A DNA stretch of 64,000 bases from an uncultured Candidatus Rokubacteria bacterium (GCA_963826115.1 CAWGVS010000010.1:32001-96000); one strand, 5' to 3'. Counted from the stretch's first letter, positions 44,332 through 54,819 are shown. The notes: generated by a model not told the origin, from the sequence alone. Numbers and translations are program-made.

Positions 44332-47300
44332 ATGAACCCGATGACCGCTGGCATCGTCCTGTCGACCGTGCTGCTCCTCGTGCAGGGCACGCGGTGCCTG
44401 ATCCGCCAGGGCGCGCCGCCGTTCGTGCGCCGCTTCGGCGCGCTCACGCTGCTCCTCGCGGGGCTGAGCGCGGTCCTCTTCGTCCTGCTCCACTTCGGCG
44501 AAGCCGTGCTGAGCCCCGAGTTCGACGCGGTCATGGCGCGAGGTCACCGGCGGGGCCTGGCGGCCCTCGTCCTCGGGATGGCGCTCGCGGCCAGCCTGGG
44601 TCTCCACGTGCAGCGCCTCAAGGCGGAGCGGCCGGGGCGCCTGGCCGCCCTCGTGATCCTGGGCCTCGGGGTGGGCGTGCTCGCGACGATGCGGATCACG
44701 ACCCTCAACCCGGACGAGACCGAGACGTTCCGCATCTACGCGTACGACCTCTGGTGGCCGCCGCTCCTCGTGTGGGTGAGCGCCTGCTTCGTGGACGGCG
44801 CCATCACGATCCTGGGCGTGACCGACCACCGGGTGCGGGTCGGGGCATTCGCAGCCTTGCTCCTCGGCCTCGCCCGCGGGTCGTGGCGACGGGCCTCCTT
44901 CGGCGATCCCACGTCCGAGTGGCTCTGGAGCTGGGTCTTCTGGGTCGGCGTCGCCCTGGCCGTCGCGCTCCTGGTGCTGATGGTCCGCGCGGCGCCCGGC
45001 GGCGTGCGGGGCGCCTGGGCGTGGCTCGGGACCGCGCCGAGCCGTCTCCGCCGGGCGGCCGCGAAGGCGTGGCAGGAGATCGTGGTCGACGGCTGGGAGG
45101 ACGAGCTGCAGATGGTCCGCGAGCAGATCTCGCGGGCCTCCGGGCGTCTCCTCGGGCTCCTGGCCATCGCGACGATCGCCGGGATCCTGGTCGACATCTT
45201 CTACATCGGCCGCCTCTCCAACGTCACCGCGCTGATCGTGCTCGCCGTCGCCTGGACCTGTCTCGCCGAGATCACCGCCGAGGGCCCGCTGCGGGTGTTC
45301 GTCCTCAACACCGTGCCGGCGGCCTACGAGGCGCTCGCGAGCCAGCAGTCGCGCCTGGGGGCGGTGTGGTCGACGCTGCGCACATGGCTCGCCGCGCCGT
45401 TCCGGACCCTCCGCGGCGCCGCGGTGCGTCTCCTGAGCCTGCGTCCCCTCCCGGAGGGCATCCTGAAGCTTGCCTTCCTCCTGGTGGCGGCCGTCGTGCT
45501 CTTCGAGATTCCGAATCGCGGCAAGACGCTGCTCCAGCCGTTCAAGGCCGCCGTCGTCAGGCCCAAGGAGGGCGAGGTCCCCGGGGTCGAGCAGCAGGCC
45601 GCCATCGGCCAGGCGGTGTTCGATCACCTCGTGAACACGCTCGGGGCCCTCACGCAGGACCTCCAGCCCGACGTGATCCTCCTGCTCCCGCCCGACCCGC
45701 TGCGCGGCGCGCAGTTCCGGACGATCGCGGCCGGCGGCTCCGGCAGTATCGACCCGTTCCTCTCCGGCCCGTCCGACATCGACCTGGGCGTGGGGGTCAA
45801 GATTCCGCTCGGGTTCGTCCTCACGCCCATCGTGAAGCCGATCCGCTGGGTGCTCGGCGTGCGGATCATCGAGGGCAGCGTGCTGGCCGATCCGCAGGGC
45901 TACACCGTGCTCGTCCGGTCCAGCTCGGGCGAGGTGTGGCAGGCGCGTCTGCGCCGCCCGGACCTGGCGCCGGACCGGGCGTTCCGCGATCTCGCCCTCG
46001 AGCTCGCGTTCCGGATCATGAGCGCCGAGCCCGCCCTGGCGAGCGTCGGCATGACCCGCTCGTGGGAGGCGTTCGAGAAGTTCCGGATCGGGCTCGAGTC
46101 CTGGCAGCGCTACGCCGTTCAGAGCGGCGAGCAGGATCCGGACGCCCTGACCCAGGCGATCCGCGGCTTCCGCGCGGCCATCGGGGTGGACCCCGCCTTC
46201 GCCCTCGCGCACTACCGGCTCGGCCTCGCGCTCCAGAAGGATCGCCAGCCCCTCGCCGCCGCCGAGGCGCTCCGGAACAGCCTGAAGGCGAACCCCGGGT
46301 TCGTCCCGGCGCGAGTCGCGCTCGCGTCGGTGCTCTACGGTCTCGAGAGCCGGTCTCTCGCGCTGTCACTCGGTCCGTCCGAGCGGTGGAGAGGGAAGGT
46401 CAGGGCGGCGGTCGACACCGAGGGTCTCCAGGCGCCCATGCTCGAGGAGGCGCGGACCCTCTGGCAATCCGTGGTCACGTCCGGCGAGTCCGTCTCGCCG
46501 CTCGACCGCGCGGCCTCGTGGGCGGGCCTGTGCCGCTATTCGTTCGAGCGCGGCGCGCGCGACCTGGCGGTCGACCTCGGGTCGGGCGCCGGTCCGCGCT
46601 GGATCTGGCCGACGGGGGCCGGCCCGCGCCTGCTCCACGCGGCCTACTTCCATTGCCAGCAGGCGGACCGCTTCTACGGCTCGCTTCTCGGGACGCGGTG
46701 GGAAGACGTCCGTCTCCGGACGGCGCGCGCCTCCGTCCTGGCCTCGATCGGCCTCCTGCTCGAGCAGCACGGGCCCCCAGGCAACCGTCACGACGTGGAC
46801 GGCTGGCAGTGCTCCGCGGACGCTGTGGTGCCGGCGACGCTCATCCCGGGCGCGCGCGTGACGCGGAGCGTCCTCGTGGGCCGCTTCACCCGGCCGGCGC
46901 TCCGCTACTACCGGCGCGCGATCGCGCTGCTGCCGGAGGACACGGTCCTCCGGTGCCGGGAAGCCACGGCCACGCTGGCGCTCGACCCGGCGTACCGCGA
47001 CGACCGGCTCATGCGGGCGCTGGAGAACGTCGCGACCGCGCACGTCAATCTGGCCGATTCCTACTTCGACCTCGGAACCCGATATCTCGAGCGCGCGCGG
47101 TCCGGCAGCTCCCGGCCCGCCGCGCCCGGCGTCGCCCCTCAGCCGGAGCCGGGGCAGGTCGCGGCGTCGTTCTACCGGCTCGCACTCGACGAGTACCGCG
47201 AGGCGCTGAAGCGGGACCCGACCAGCGCGACGTCGCTGCTCCAGTTCTCCCGCGTGTTCTGGGACTGGCGTCAGGCAGCGGCGGACAAGGTCGTGCCCCG

Positions 47301-48336
47301 GGAGCCCGGGCTACCGCTCGCGCACGAGGCGGAGTGGTATGCGCGTCGCGCCGTCGCGATGGTCGAGGCCAAGCTCGACTCCGCGACGCCGGGTCTGACC
47401 GTGGCCGATCGTTCCGAGGACACCCAGAAGGCGCTGATCGAGTCCGTGCCGACGAACCTCCGCCCTCCGGCGGCCACTGCGCTGGCGAGCCTCGGCTCGG
47501 TGCTCCTCGGCCAGGCGCGGGCCCACGAAGCGCTCGGCGTGCTCGGGTCCGCGCAGGCGCTCGCGCCGGGGCACCCGGCGTTCGACGACGTGCGCTGGAT
47601 GCACGGCCAGGCCCTGCTCTGCGCCGCGTCCCGGCAATGGCGCGCGGACCTCTCGCAGGAGGTGCGCCAGGCGGATCCGAACTGGCGGGAGACGCACCGG
47701 TCCCAGCTGGACGCGATCGAGGGTCTGCGTCAGGAGGCTGCGGCCGCGCTCGACCGCGTGCGGGACAGCGAGCGGGCCCGCGAGGAGCGGCCGTTCGCCG
47801 GCCGCACGGACATCACCGGCTCGCTGAACGTGTGTCATGCGGACTGGCTCACGATGATGAGCGAGCAGGAAGGCCAGATCCGGTATTCCCTCAAGCAGAC
47901 CCAGGGGCAGGGGCGCAGCTACCTGTGCGGACGGCTCGGCGTCCGGGCGCCGAAGCTGCCGAACGAGGAGCGCGCCTACCTCCGCGTGTGGGGCGGTGGG
48001 GCGGAGCGCCTGCGCCTCGACTCCCGCGGCGAGGGTGAGCGGGGCTCGGACGTGATCTCGCTGGCGCCCACGACGAGCCGCTTCTACTACCTCGCCCAGC
48101 TCGAGAGCGAGGACGGCCGGCCCCTCTCGCCGCCGCTCCCGCTCGACCCGAACGCCACGCCCGCGCGGGCGCCGTCGGCCTCGGCCACCCGGTGCGCCGA
48201 TGCCCGGACGCTGATCACGCTGACGGCGGGGCCGCCCGAGGAGCCCGCGCCCGCGCGCACGGGCGGTCGCCGGTCTCGCGACGGCTCGCCGGCGGCGCGC
48301 GGCGGCGGGCCCGTGCCCGGTACCGTGGTGCCCTGA
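44332..48336 (+). CDS. Large multi-pass membrane protein with TPR repeats
   Basis: 1334 aa; many TM helices in the N-terminal third; TPR-like DPAFALAHYRLGLAL, AHVNLADSY, EYREALKRDP. Confidence 0.75.
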   Translation: MNPMTAGIVLSTVLLLVQGTRCLIRQGAPPFVRRFGALTLLLAGLSAVLFVLLHFGEAVLSPEFDAVMARGHRRGLAALVLGMALAASLGLHVQRLKAERPGRLAALVILGLGVGVLATMRITTLNPDETETFRIYAYDLWWPPLLVWVSACFVDGAITILGVTDHRVRVGAFAALLLGLARGSWRRASFGDPTSEWLWSWVFWVGVALAVALLVLMVRAAPGGVRGAWAWLGTAPSRLRRAAAKAWQEIVVDGWEDELQMVREQISRASGRLLGLLAIATIAGILVDIFYIGRLSNVTALIVLAVAWTCLAEITAEGPLRVFVLNTVPAAYEALASQQSRLGAVWSTLRTWLAAPFRTLRGAAVRLLSLRPLPEGILKLAFLLVAAVVLFEIPNRGKTLLQPFKAAVVRPKEGEVPGVEQQAAIGQAVFDHLVNTLGALTQDLQPDVILLLPPDPLRGAQFRTIAAGGSGSIDPFLSGPSDIDLGVGVKIPLGFVLTPIVKPIRWVLGVRIIEGSVLADPQGYTVLVRSSSGEVWQARLRRPDLAPDRAFRDLALELAFRIMSAEPALASVGMTRSWEAFEKFRIGLESWQRYAVQSGEQDPDALTQAIRGFRAAIGVDPAFALAHYRLGLALQKDRQPLAAAEALRNSLKANPGFVPARVALASVLYGLESRSLALSLGPSERWRGKVRAAVDTEGLQAPMLEEARTLWQSVVTSGESVSPLDRAASWAGLCRYSFERGARDLAVDLGSGAGPRWIWPTGAGPRLLHAAYFHCQQADRFYGSLLGTRWEDVRLRTARASVLASIGLLLEQHGPPGNRHDVDGWQCSADAVVPATLIPGARVTRSVLVGRFTRPALRYYRRAIALLPEDTVLRCREATATLALDPAYRDDRLMRALENVATAHVNLADSYFDLGTRYLERARSGSSRPAAPGVAPQPEPGQVAASFYRLALDEYREALKRDPTSATSLLQFSRVFWDWRQAAADKVVPREPGLPLAHEAEWYARRAVAMVEAKLDSATPGLTVADRSEDTQKALIESVPTNLRPPAATALASLGSVLLGQARAHEALGVLGSAQALAPGHPAFDDVRWMHGQALLCAASRQWRADLSQEVRQADPNWRETHRSQLDAIEGLRQEAAAALDRVRDSERAREERPFAGRTDITGSLNVCHADWLTMMSEQEGQIRYSLKQTQGQGRSYLCGRLGVRAPKLPNEERAYLRVWGGGAERLRLDSRGEGERGSDVISLAPTTSRFYYLAQLESEDGRPLSPPLPLDPNATPARAPSASATRCADARTLITLTAGPPEEPAPARTGGRRSRDGSPAARGGGPVPGTVVP

Positions 48337-48367
48337 GCGCGATGCTCGACGGATCGGTGGCGCTCGC

Positions 48368-49153
48368 ATGACTGCCGGGAGACGACCCATGTCCCTGGTG
48401 CTGCTCCTCGCCGGCTGGCTCCTCGCGTCCCTCGCCCACGCGCAGGCCCCGGCCCCGCCGGGCGAGCTTCCCGGTACCTACGCGGTCGAGACCCCGCGCG
48501 GCAACATCGTCGTGCGGCTCGACGTCGTCGGCGGCCGCGTCACCGGGACCCTCGACTCGACGGGGAGCCGCACCATCCTGCTGTCGGGCAGCGCGCTCGG
48601 CCGGTACGCGCGCGGCACGATGTCCTCGGGGGTCGACACCGGCGAGTTCGAGGCCCTGGTCGAGGGGGACACGCTCAAGATGCGGCTCTCCCAGGGGACC
48701 GATTCGCTGCCGCTCACACTCCAGCGGATGAGCGCGAGCGCGGACGCGCCGCCGCCGGGTGTGGGCCCGCCACCCGGTCCGCCCCCCGAGGCGGGGCCGC
48801 CCGCCCCGGGCCAGGGAGGCGACCCGCGTCTGGTCGGCACGTGGGTCAGCCAGACCCTCATCACCAGCGGCGACGCCTCGATGGCGTCCGAGGAGTTCCT
48901 GGTCTTCCGCGCCGACGGCTCGTACGCCTACGGCAAGGGCCGGTCGGTGGCCGGCGGATCGGGCTGGTCCTTCGAGGGCGGGGGCGGACCGACGGAGAGC
49001 GGCCGCTGGCGCGCCGAGGAGAGCGTCTTCTACGTGCTCCAGCCGGATGGGCAGTGGAAGCGGGTCGGCCGGTACGGCATGACGGACGACGGGCAGACCA
49101 TGCGGATCATCTACGACCGGGGCGGGCGGAAGCTCTGGAGCCGCCGCCGCTAG
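48368..49153 (+). CDS. Secreted hypothetical protein with two beta-barrel-like domains
   Basis: Signal peptide (ASLAHAQ); Pro-rich linker; DPRLVGTW..LVFRADGSY..GRWRAE. Confidence 0.7.
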   Translation: MTAGRRPMSLVLLLAGWLLASLAHAQAPAPPGELPGTYAVETPRGNIVVRLDVVGGRVTGTLDSTGSRTILLSGSALGRYARGTMSSGVDTGEFEALVEGDTLKMRLSQGTDSLPLTLQRMSASADAPPPGVGPPPGPPPEAGPPAPGQGGDPRLVGTWVSQTLITSGDASMASEEFLVFRADGSYAYGKGRSVAGGSGWSFEGGGGPTESGRWRAEESVFYVLQPDGQWKRVGRYGMTDDGQTMRIIYDRGGRKLWSRRR

Positions 49154-50261
49154 CCGGGCCGCGGCCCCGCCGCGGCTCGCTCGACGCCGCCGGGTGCGGC
49201 GCGTGGCGGCGCCGCCAGTCGCCGGGGGCTGCGCCGGCGACCTTCTTGAACGCGCGGCTGAACGCGGCCTCCGAGTCGTAGCCGACCTCGCGGGCCACGG
49301 CGGCGACCTTCGGCGCGCCCTCCGTGAGGAGACGGGCGGCCACCTGCATGCGCCAGCGCGTCAGGTACTGCATCGGCGGGTGACCCGCGAAGTGGGCGAA
49401 GCGATCCGCCAGCACGGAGCGCGACGACCCGACCTCGCGCGCGAGATCCTCGATCGTCCACGGGTGACCCGGTCGCGCGTGGAGGTGCGCCAGCGCGCGG
49501 CCGACCAGCGGGTCCCGCAGCCCCGTGAGCCATCCCGCGTCCTCGGCGGGTCGCGCCGCCAGGTACCGCCGGACCACCTCGACGAACATCAGCTCGCTCA
49601 GGCGCAGGCGGACGCACTCGCCGCCCGGACGCCGCTCGCGCGATTCCGCGACGGCGAAATCGATCAGCTGCCCGAGCGGGTCGGCCGGCCGGCGCGCGTC
49701 CCGGCGGAGATGGAGCATCGGCGGCAGCGCCGCCAGCAGCGGATTGAAGGGGCGGAGGTCGCATCCCAGGAAGCCGCAGACGAGGCGCAGACGATCCGGC
49801 CCGCCGCCGCCTTCCCGGACGGTGAACGGCAACCGCCCCGCGGCCATCTCCCGCATGAATTCCAGGACGTCCGCGGCGGCGGGCCCGCCGCCGGCGTCGG
49901 GCGCGATCGACATCGCGTATGCGTCGCCGCGCGGGAACACGAGGACGTCGCCGGACTCGAGCCGCGCCGCCGCGCCGCCGCGCACAGTTCCCCAGCACGA
50001 GCCCCCGGTGACGACGTGGTACGAGATGACGTGCTGGGCCCGCGGCAGGACGGCCGGCGCCAGCGCCCGCCCGTCCGGCAGCGCGATGGTCCAGGGCGCC
50101 GACGCGTCGACGAGGAAGAAGAGCGCCCCCGTGAGCCGGACCGTGCGCAGCACGTCGGAGAGCACGTCGGGGGGCGGCGAGTCGTCGAGTCCGGACGGTG
50201 GAGCAAGCGGTCCGGACGCGCGGGCAAGCCGTCGGGCCGATTCGGACTCGGGAGCGTGCAA
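49107..50261 (-). CDS. AraC-family regulator with N-terminal cupin domain (start uncertain)
   Basis: DVLSDVLRTVRL, YHVVTGG, WTIEDLAREVG, YLTRWRMQ, VGYDSEAAFSRAFKK. Confidence 0.9.
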   Translation of the reverse strand: MHAPESESARRLARASGPLAPPSGLDDSPPPDVLSDVLRTVRLTGALFFLVDASAPWTIALPDGRALAPAVLPRAQHVISYHVVTGGSCWGTVRGGAAARLESGDVLVFPRGDAYAMSIAPDAGGGPAAADVLEFMREMAAGRLPFTVREGGGGPDRLRLVCGFLGCDLRPFNPLLAALPPMLHLRRDARRPADPLGQLIDFAVAESRERRPGGECVRLRLSELMFVEVVRRYLAARPAEDAGWLTGLRDPLVGRALAHLHARPGHPWTIEDLAREVGSSRSVLADRFAHFAGHPPMQYLTRWRMQVAARLLTEGAPKVAAVAREVGYDSEAAFSRAFKKVAGAAPGDWRRRHAPHPAASSEPRRGRGPASGGGSRASARPGRR

Positions 50262-50307
50262 TCCGGACGCTCGATCATCGCGCCGGCCCACGCCGCGATC
50301 ATACACT
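50190..50307 (+). promoter_or_regulatory. Candidate AraC operator array plus -10 box for the methyltransferase
   Basis: TCCGGACG at 50190, 50211 and 50262 and TTCGGACT at 50241 (two pairs 21 bp apart); TACACT at 50302. Confidence 0.5.
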
Positions 50308-50371
50308 GCGCCGCGAGAGGCAGATCGAGGACGGCCGGCGCGCCGCGCCCGGGGCGGTGGAGGAGGACACG

Positions 50372-51169
50372 ATGGGCAGCTCCACGGAGACCTTCCAGCT
50401 GTCGGTGGCCGCGGCGGAGGTCTACGAGTCGCGGTTCGTGCCCGCGCTGTTCGCGGACTGGGCGCCACACCTCGTGGACCTCGCGGGCGTCGGGCCGGGC
50501 CAGGCCGTCCTCGACGTCGCCTGCGGGACCGGGATCGTCGCCCGCGTCGCGGCCGATCGCCTGGCGGGCGCCGGGCGAGTCGTCGGGGTCGACCTCAACG
50601 AGGCGATGCTCACCGTCGCGCGCCGCGTGGGCCCCGGCGTCGAGTGGCGCCAGGGCGACGCGGCGGCGTTGCCGTTCGCGGATGCGTCGTTCGACCGCGT
50701 GCTCTGCCAGATGGCGCTCATGTTCTTCCCCGACCGCGGCGGCGCCCTGCGGGAGATGCGACGGGTCACCGCCCCGAACGGAACGGTCGCCCTCGTGGTC
50801 CCCGGGCGGCTGGACGCCCAGCCGGCGTACGGGCCCTTCGTCGAGATGGCGGCCCGGCACGCCGGGCCGGAGGCCGCGTCGCTCCTGGGCGCGTACTTCG
50901 CCTGCGGCGACCTCTCCGAGTTGACCGGGCTCGTCGAGGCAGCCGGCCTGCGTGTCGCCCAGACCCGAACGCGGAACGGCCGCGTCCGCTTCGGCTCGAT
51001 CGACGAGTTCGTCGCGGCCGAGATCGAGGGCTCGCCCCTCGTCGGCCGCATCGGCGCCGAGACCTACGCGCGCATCCGCGAGGACGCGCGCCCGGCGCTG
51101 CGCGCGTTCCTGACGGCGGAGGGCCTGGAGGTCCCGCTCATCGGACACCTGATCGCCGCCCGCCGCTGA
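50372..51169 (+). CDS. Class I SAM-dependent methyltransferase
   Basis: VLDVACGTG, GVDLNEAML, GDAAALPFADASFD; GGAGGAGG RBS. Confidence 0.92.
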   Translation: MGSSTETFQLSVAAAEVYESRFVPALFADWAPHLVDLAGVGPGQAVLDVACGTGIVARVAADRLAGAGRVVGVDLNEAMLTVARRVGPGVEWRQGDAAALPFADASFDRVLCQMALMFFPDRGGALREMRRVTAPNGTVALVVPGRLDAQPAYGPFVEMAARHAGPEAASLLGAYFACGDLSELTGLVEAAGLRVAQTRTRNGRVRFGSIDEFVAAEIEGSPLVGRIGAETYARIREDARPALRAFLTAEGLEVPLIGHLIAARR

Positions 51170-51206
51170 CGGGCGCGGCCGCGGGCGCCGAACAGCGCGC
51201 CGACCG

Positions 51207-52292
51207 TCAGTCGGCGGGCGGCCGGGCGGGCGCCGACACCGCCTCCTCCGCGAACCGGAGGAGGGCGATGGTGAGGGCGACGATCACCGGACCGATGAAC
51301 ATCCCGATCGCGCCGAACGCCGCGAGCCCGCCCACGAGCCCCAGGAAGACGGGCAGGGTGGAGAGCCCGGCCCGTCCGGACACGACGAGCGGCTTGATGA
51401 AGTTGTCGACCGACGTCACCAGGCCGATCGACCAGAGCGCCAGGAAGAGCGCCGCCCACGTTCGCCCCTGGGCGAGGAGGAGGATGTCCGCGGGGACCCA
51501 CACGAGCGCCGTGCCGACCAGCGGCACCGCCGAGGAGAGCGCGGTCAGGACGCCGAACACGACGGGGGAGGGTAGGCCGACCAGCGCGAAGCCGATCCCG
51601 AGAAGCAGTCCCTGGGCCGCGGCCGTCAGGAGCATCCCCAGCACCAGCGCGCGCGTGACCGACGAGAGGTGCTCGAGGAGCAGCGTCTTGCGTCCGTCGT
51701 CCATCGGCACGAGCCGCATCACCCGGCGGACGATGTCGTGGCCGTCGCGGAGGAAGAAGAACAGCATGAACAGGACCAGGATGAGCCCGACCACCGCCCC
51801 GAGCACGCTCGCCAGCGCGGCGCCGCTCGCGCCCATCAAGGTCAGGAGGAGGCTCCGCCCGTTCTGGAGCAGCCAGACCTTGATCTGCTCGACGGTAATG
51901 GGCACGTAGGGCGAGACCCACGCGAGCGCGTCCTCCGCGAGCGGGATTCGGAGGAGGTCGCTCAGCTTGGCGACGTGATGGCGCTCGGCGAGCTCCTGGG
52001 CTTGCGTGACGAGGTCGCCGGCCTGGGCCGCGAAGACCACGGCGAGAAGCGCGGCGGGCCCGAGGACCAGAATGAGGCCCGCCAGCGTCAGCAGGAGGGA
52101 CGCGAGTCCCCGGCGGCCGTTCAGGACCCGGCCGAGCGCTTCGTTCAGCGGGTGGAGCAGGAAGGCGAGGAGGAGCGCCCACAGGATCGCGCCCGCGAAG
52201 GGCACCGCCATGAGGATCAGCGCGTAGCCGAGGAGGCACGCCGTGAACAGGGCGAAGACCTTGGGGTAGAAGGCGCCGTAGTCGACGTTCAC
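51207..52292 (-). CDS. AI-2E family transporter
   Basis: FFFLRDG, PLVGTALVWVP, VDNFIKP, GGLAAFGAIGMFIGP. Confidence 0.9.
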   Translation of the reverse strand: MNVDYGAFYPKVFALFTACLLGYALILMAVPFAGAILWALLLAFLLHPLNEALGRVLNGRRGLASLLLTLAGLILVLGPAALLAVVFAAQAGDLVTQAQELAERHHVAKLSDLLRIPLAEDALAWVSPYVPITVEQIKVWLLQNGRSLLLTLMGASGAALASVLGAVVGLILVLFMLFFFLRDGHDIVRRVMRLVPMDDGRKTLLLEHLSSVTRALVLGMLLTAAAQGLLLGIGFALVGLPSPVVFGVLTALSSAVPLVGTALVWVPADILLLAQGRTWAALFLALWSIGLVTSVDNFIKPLVVSGRAGLSTLPVFLGLVGGLAAFGAIGMFIGPVIVALTIALLRFAEEAVSAPARPPAD

Positions 52293-52452
52293 AGGCTCTC
52301 CTTCGGGAAGCGCGTCCCCGCCGACGGCGGGCGACCACGACCATACTACACGGCCCGGTTCCGCGGCTCCCGCGAACGGATCGGCGGCCGCGGCGTGGTA
52401 TGAAGTAAAGGCGGCGGCCGTACCGCCGTCGAGCGACACGGGAGGACGCGAG

Positions 52453-52926
52453 ATGAGCCAGGGCGCGACGAAGCCGGTCCCGGACGGATACCACACGGCG
52501 ACCCCCTACCTGGTCGTGGACGGCGCCGCGAAGGCGATCGAGTTCTACGCGCGGGTCTTCGGCGCCACCGAGCGGATGCGGATGCCGGGCCCCGGCGGCA
52601 AGGTGGGCCACGCGGAGATCCGCATCGGCGACTCGGTGATCATGCTGGCCGACGAGCACCCGGAGATGGGCGCGCGGGGCCCGCGCGCGTACGGCGGCGC
52701 GGCCGTGAGCCTCCACCTCTACGTGTCGGACGTGGACGCCACGGTGAAGCGAGCGGTGGCCGCCGGGGCCACGCTTCTCCGGCCGGTGGAGGACAAGTTC
52801 TACGGCGACCGCATGGGGACGATCGAGGACCCCTTCGGGCACCACTGGCACGTGTCGACGCACAAGGAGGACGTGCCGCCCGACGAGATGGCCCGGCGCG
52901 CGGCCTCGCTCGCCAAGTCCGGCTAG
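52453..52926 (+). CDS. VOC/PhnB-like glyoxalase family protein
   Basis: TPYLVVDGAAKAIEFY, HAEIRIGDS, FYGDRMG.IEDPFGHHW. Confidence 0.9.
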   Translation: MSQGATKPVPDGYHTATPYLVVDGAAKAIEFYARVFGATERMRMPGPGGKVGHAEIRIGDSVIMLADEHPEMGARGPRAYGGAAVSLHLYVSDVDATVKRAVAAGATLLRPVEDKFYGDRMGTIEDPFGHHWHVSTHKEDVPPDEMARRAASLAKSG

Positions 52927-52962
52927 GTCGCTCGGGCGGCCGGCGCGCCCGCCCCCGCGAGG

Positions 52963-53952
52963 CTAGAAGCGGACGCCGATCCGGGCGGAGGCGAACGGCC
53001 CGGAGCCGACGTCGATCCGGTTCCGGTCCCGGTCGCCGTAGTCCTCGCCCTCGAAGTAGAGGCGGTCGAAGCTGTACCCCACGGTGAGATCGACGTAGGC
53101 CTGCCGCGCGAGGCCGATGATCGCGCCGGCCCGGATCCGCTTCTCGTAGTAGAAGAGACGGTCGTCCGGGTCGGCCCGCTCGGCGCGCAGGTAGCGCTCG
53201 TTGGTCCAGTCGAAGCCGACCCACACGCGAACGGGTCGGAACACCTGGTAGGTCAGGCGGACGTCGACCGTCCGGACGGCGATGTAGGAGGCCGAGAGGG
53301 TCAGGCCGTCGACCGGCTGGTACGTGAGCGACAGGAGCCCGGTGGTGATGACGGCCTTGAACTGGTCGGACGGCTCGTAGGAGTACCCGAAGCCCGGGAT
53401 CGGGATGTGCGGCAGGAACTCCCGGTTGCTCCCGTAGTTCAGGAAGAAGATCCACGCGTCCCGGTCCCGCGCCGGGACGCGCAGGACGGCGGTGGCGTTG
53501 ATGTCCATCTCGTCGAAGCTCGCGAAGGGCCGATCGCTCGGCGAGCCGACGGTGACGTCGAGGGCCGCGATCCAGCCCGAGTCGAATCGATGCCGGTAGC
53601 CCGATCCGATGCGGACGTTCCACAGCTCGTCCGGGAAGGGTTCTCCCGTATCGGGCAGGATCGCGCCCGTGGCGAATTCCTGGTTGCGGACGCGCGCCGA
53701 CGCGTACCACTCGTCGGTCGCGCTCTGCCGGATGGGCCCGGAGAGCGAGAAGTCCTGCTGGAGGAGCCCGAGCTCCGCCGGCTGGCCCGACACGGGCTGA
53801 TCCGGAAAGTACGTGACCCGGTAGTCGGAGCGGATCCGGACCTGTCCCAGCTCCGGGGCGAGCAGGTTGAGGAACTCCTCTTGCGCGCGCGCCGGAGCCG
53901 GCCAGAGGGCCACGATGCACGCCGCCACGAGGAGCGGCGCCAGATGCCGGAC
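52963..53952 (-). CDS. Putative outer-membrane beta-barrel-like exported protein (start unclear)
   Basis: Signal peptide ending PARA-Q; alternating beta pattern; C-terminal RIGVRF. Confidence 0.6.
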   Translation of the reverse strand, partial: VRHLAPLLVAACIVALWPAPARAQEEFLNLLAPELGQVRIRSDYRVTYFPDQPVSGQPAELGLLQQDFSLSGPIRQSATDEWYASARVRNQEFATGAILPDTGEPFPDELWNVRIGSGYRHRFDSGWIAALDVTVGSPSDRPFASFDEMDINATAVLRVPARDRDAWIFFLNYGSNREFLPHIPIPGFGYSYEPSDQFKAVITTGLLSLTYQPVDGLTLSASYIAVRTVDVRLTYQVFRPVRVWVGFDWTNERYLRAERADPDDRLFYYEKRIRAGAIIGLARQAYVDLTVGYSFDRLYFEGEDYGDRDRNRIDVGSGPFASARIGVRF

Positions 53953-54002
53953 GCGACGGGCGCGGCCGGCCGGTCGGTCCCAGGCCCGTCCGGGTTCGTG
54001 GC

Positions 54003-54758
54003 CTAGCTGGGATCGGTGACGGAGGGCGCCGCAGTCAGCGTTGCCGCCGCGGCCAAGACCAGCGGCTCGGTCGGTGGGCCGGCGGGGATCGCGGCGAGCA
54101 GGGCCTCGGGCGCGCCCACCGCCGGAGCGACCTGGAGCGCGCGCAGGAGGCGCGGACTCGAGCCGACCGCCCAGATCGTCGCGGCGAGATAGGCGAAGCC
54201 GAGCGTGGCGCCGCCCACGAGGTCCGAGAGGAAGTGGGCCTCGAGGTACATCCGGCTGTAGGCGACGGTGACGACGACGACCGCGTACGCGCCGAGCGCG
54301 CGCCGCGTCCACGCCCGGTCGGTCGACAGGCTCACGACGTACACGAGGTAGCCGCCGAGCACGACGAGGCTCATGACGTGCGCGCTCGGGAAGCCCCAGG
54401 GATCGAGGTTCGGACGGGGCCGGTCCATCGCCAACTTGGCCGCGTGCTGGACGAGCCCGATTCCCGCCATGGCTACCGGGAGGCCGAGCGCCCAGCGCCG
54501 CCGTCGGCTCCACAGCATCGCCACGGTGGCCACGATCACCGCGACCTGACCTGGCTGACCACCAAGGTAGGAGGCCCTCGCCATGACGCTCAGGAGCGCC
54601 GGATGCCGGGTCTCCTGGACCAGGGCCCGGGCGTCGCGGTCGATGTCGTCGAGGCGGTGCTGCGCGACGGCTAGCGCGAGGAGCAGGAAGCCGAAGAGGC
54701 AGACCAGACCGCCATGGAGCAGTACCCGGTCCGCGATCGCGCCGGCTCTCTGTGACAT
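54003..54758 (-). CDS. PAP2-family phosphatase
   Basis: K..MDRPRP, FPSAH, SRMYLEAHFLSDL. Confidence 0.88.
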   Translation of the reverse strand: MSQRAGAIADRVLLHGGLVCLFGFLLLALAVAQHRLDDIDRDARALVQETRHPALLSVMARASYLGGQPGQVAVIVATVAMLWSRRRRWALGLPVAMAGIGLVQHAAKLAMDRPRPNLDPWGFPSAHVMSLVVLGGYLVYVVSLSTDRAWTRRALGAYAVVVVTVAYSRMYLEAHFLSDLVGGATLGFAYLAATIWAVGSSPRLLRALQVAPAVGAPEALLAAIPAGPPTEPLVLAAAATLTAAPSVTDPS

Positions 54759-54819
54759 CGAAGTGATTCATCCAACTTAGCACGGGCGAGCCGTCGTGCA
54801 ACCCGGGTCCATCCGGGCA

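Noticed and set aside
54797-54811. sigma-54 motif on the minus strand for the PAP2 gene (TGGACCCGGGTTGCA)
   Set aside because: GG-to-GC spacing is 9 nt rather than the required 10.
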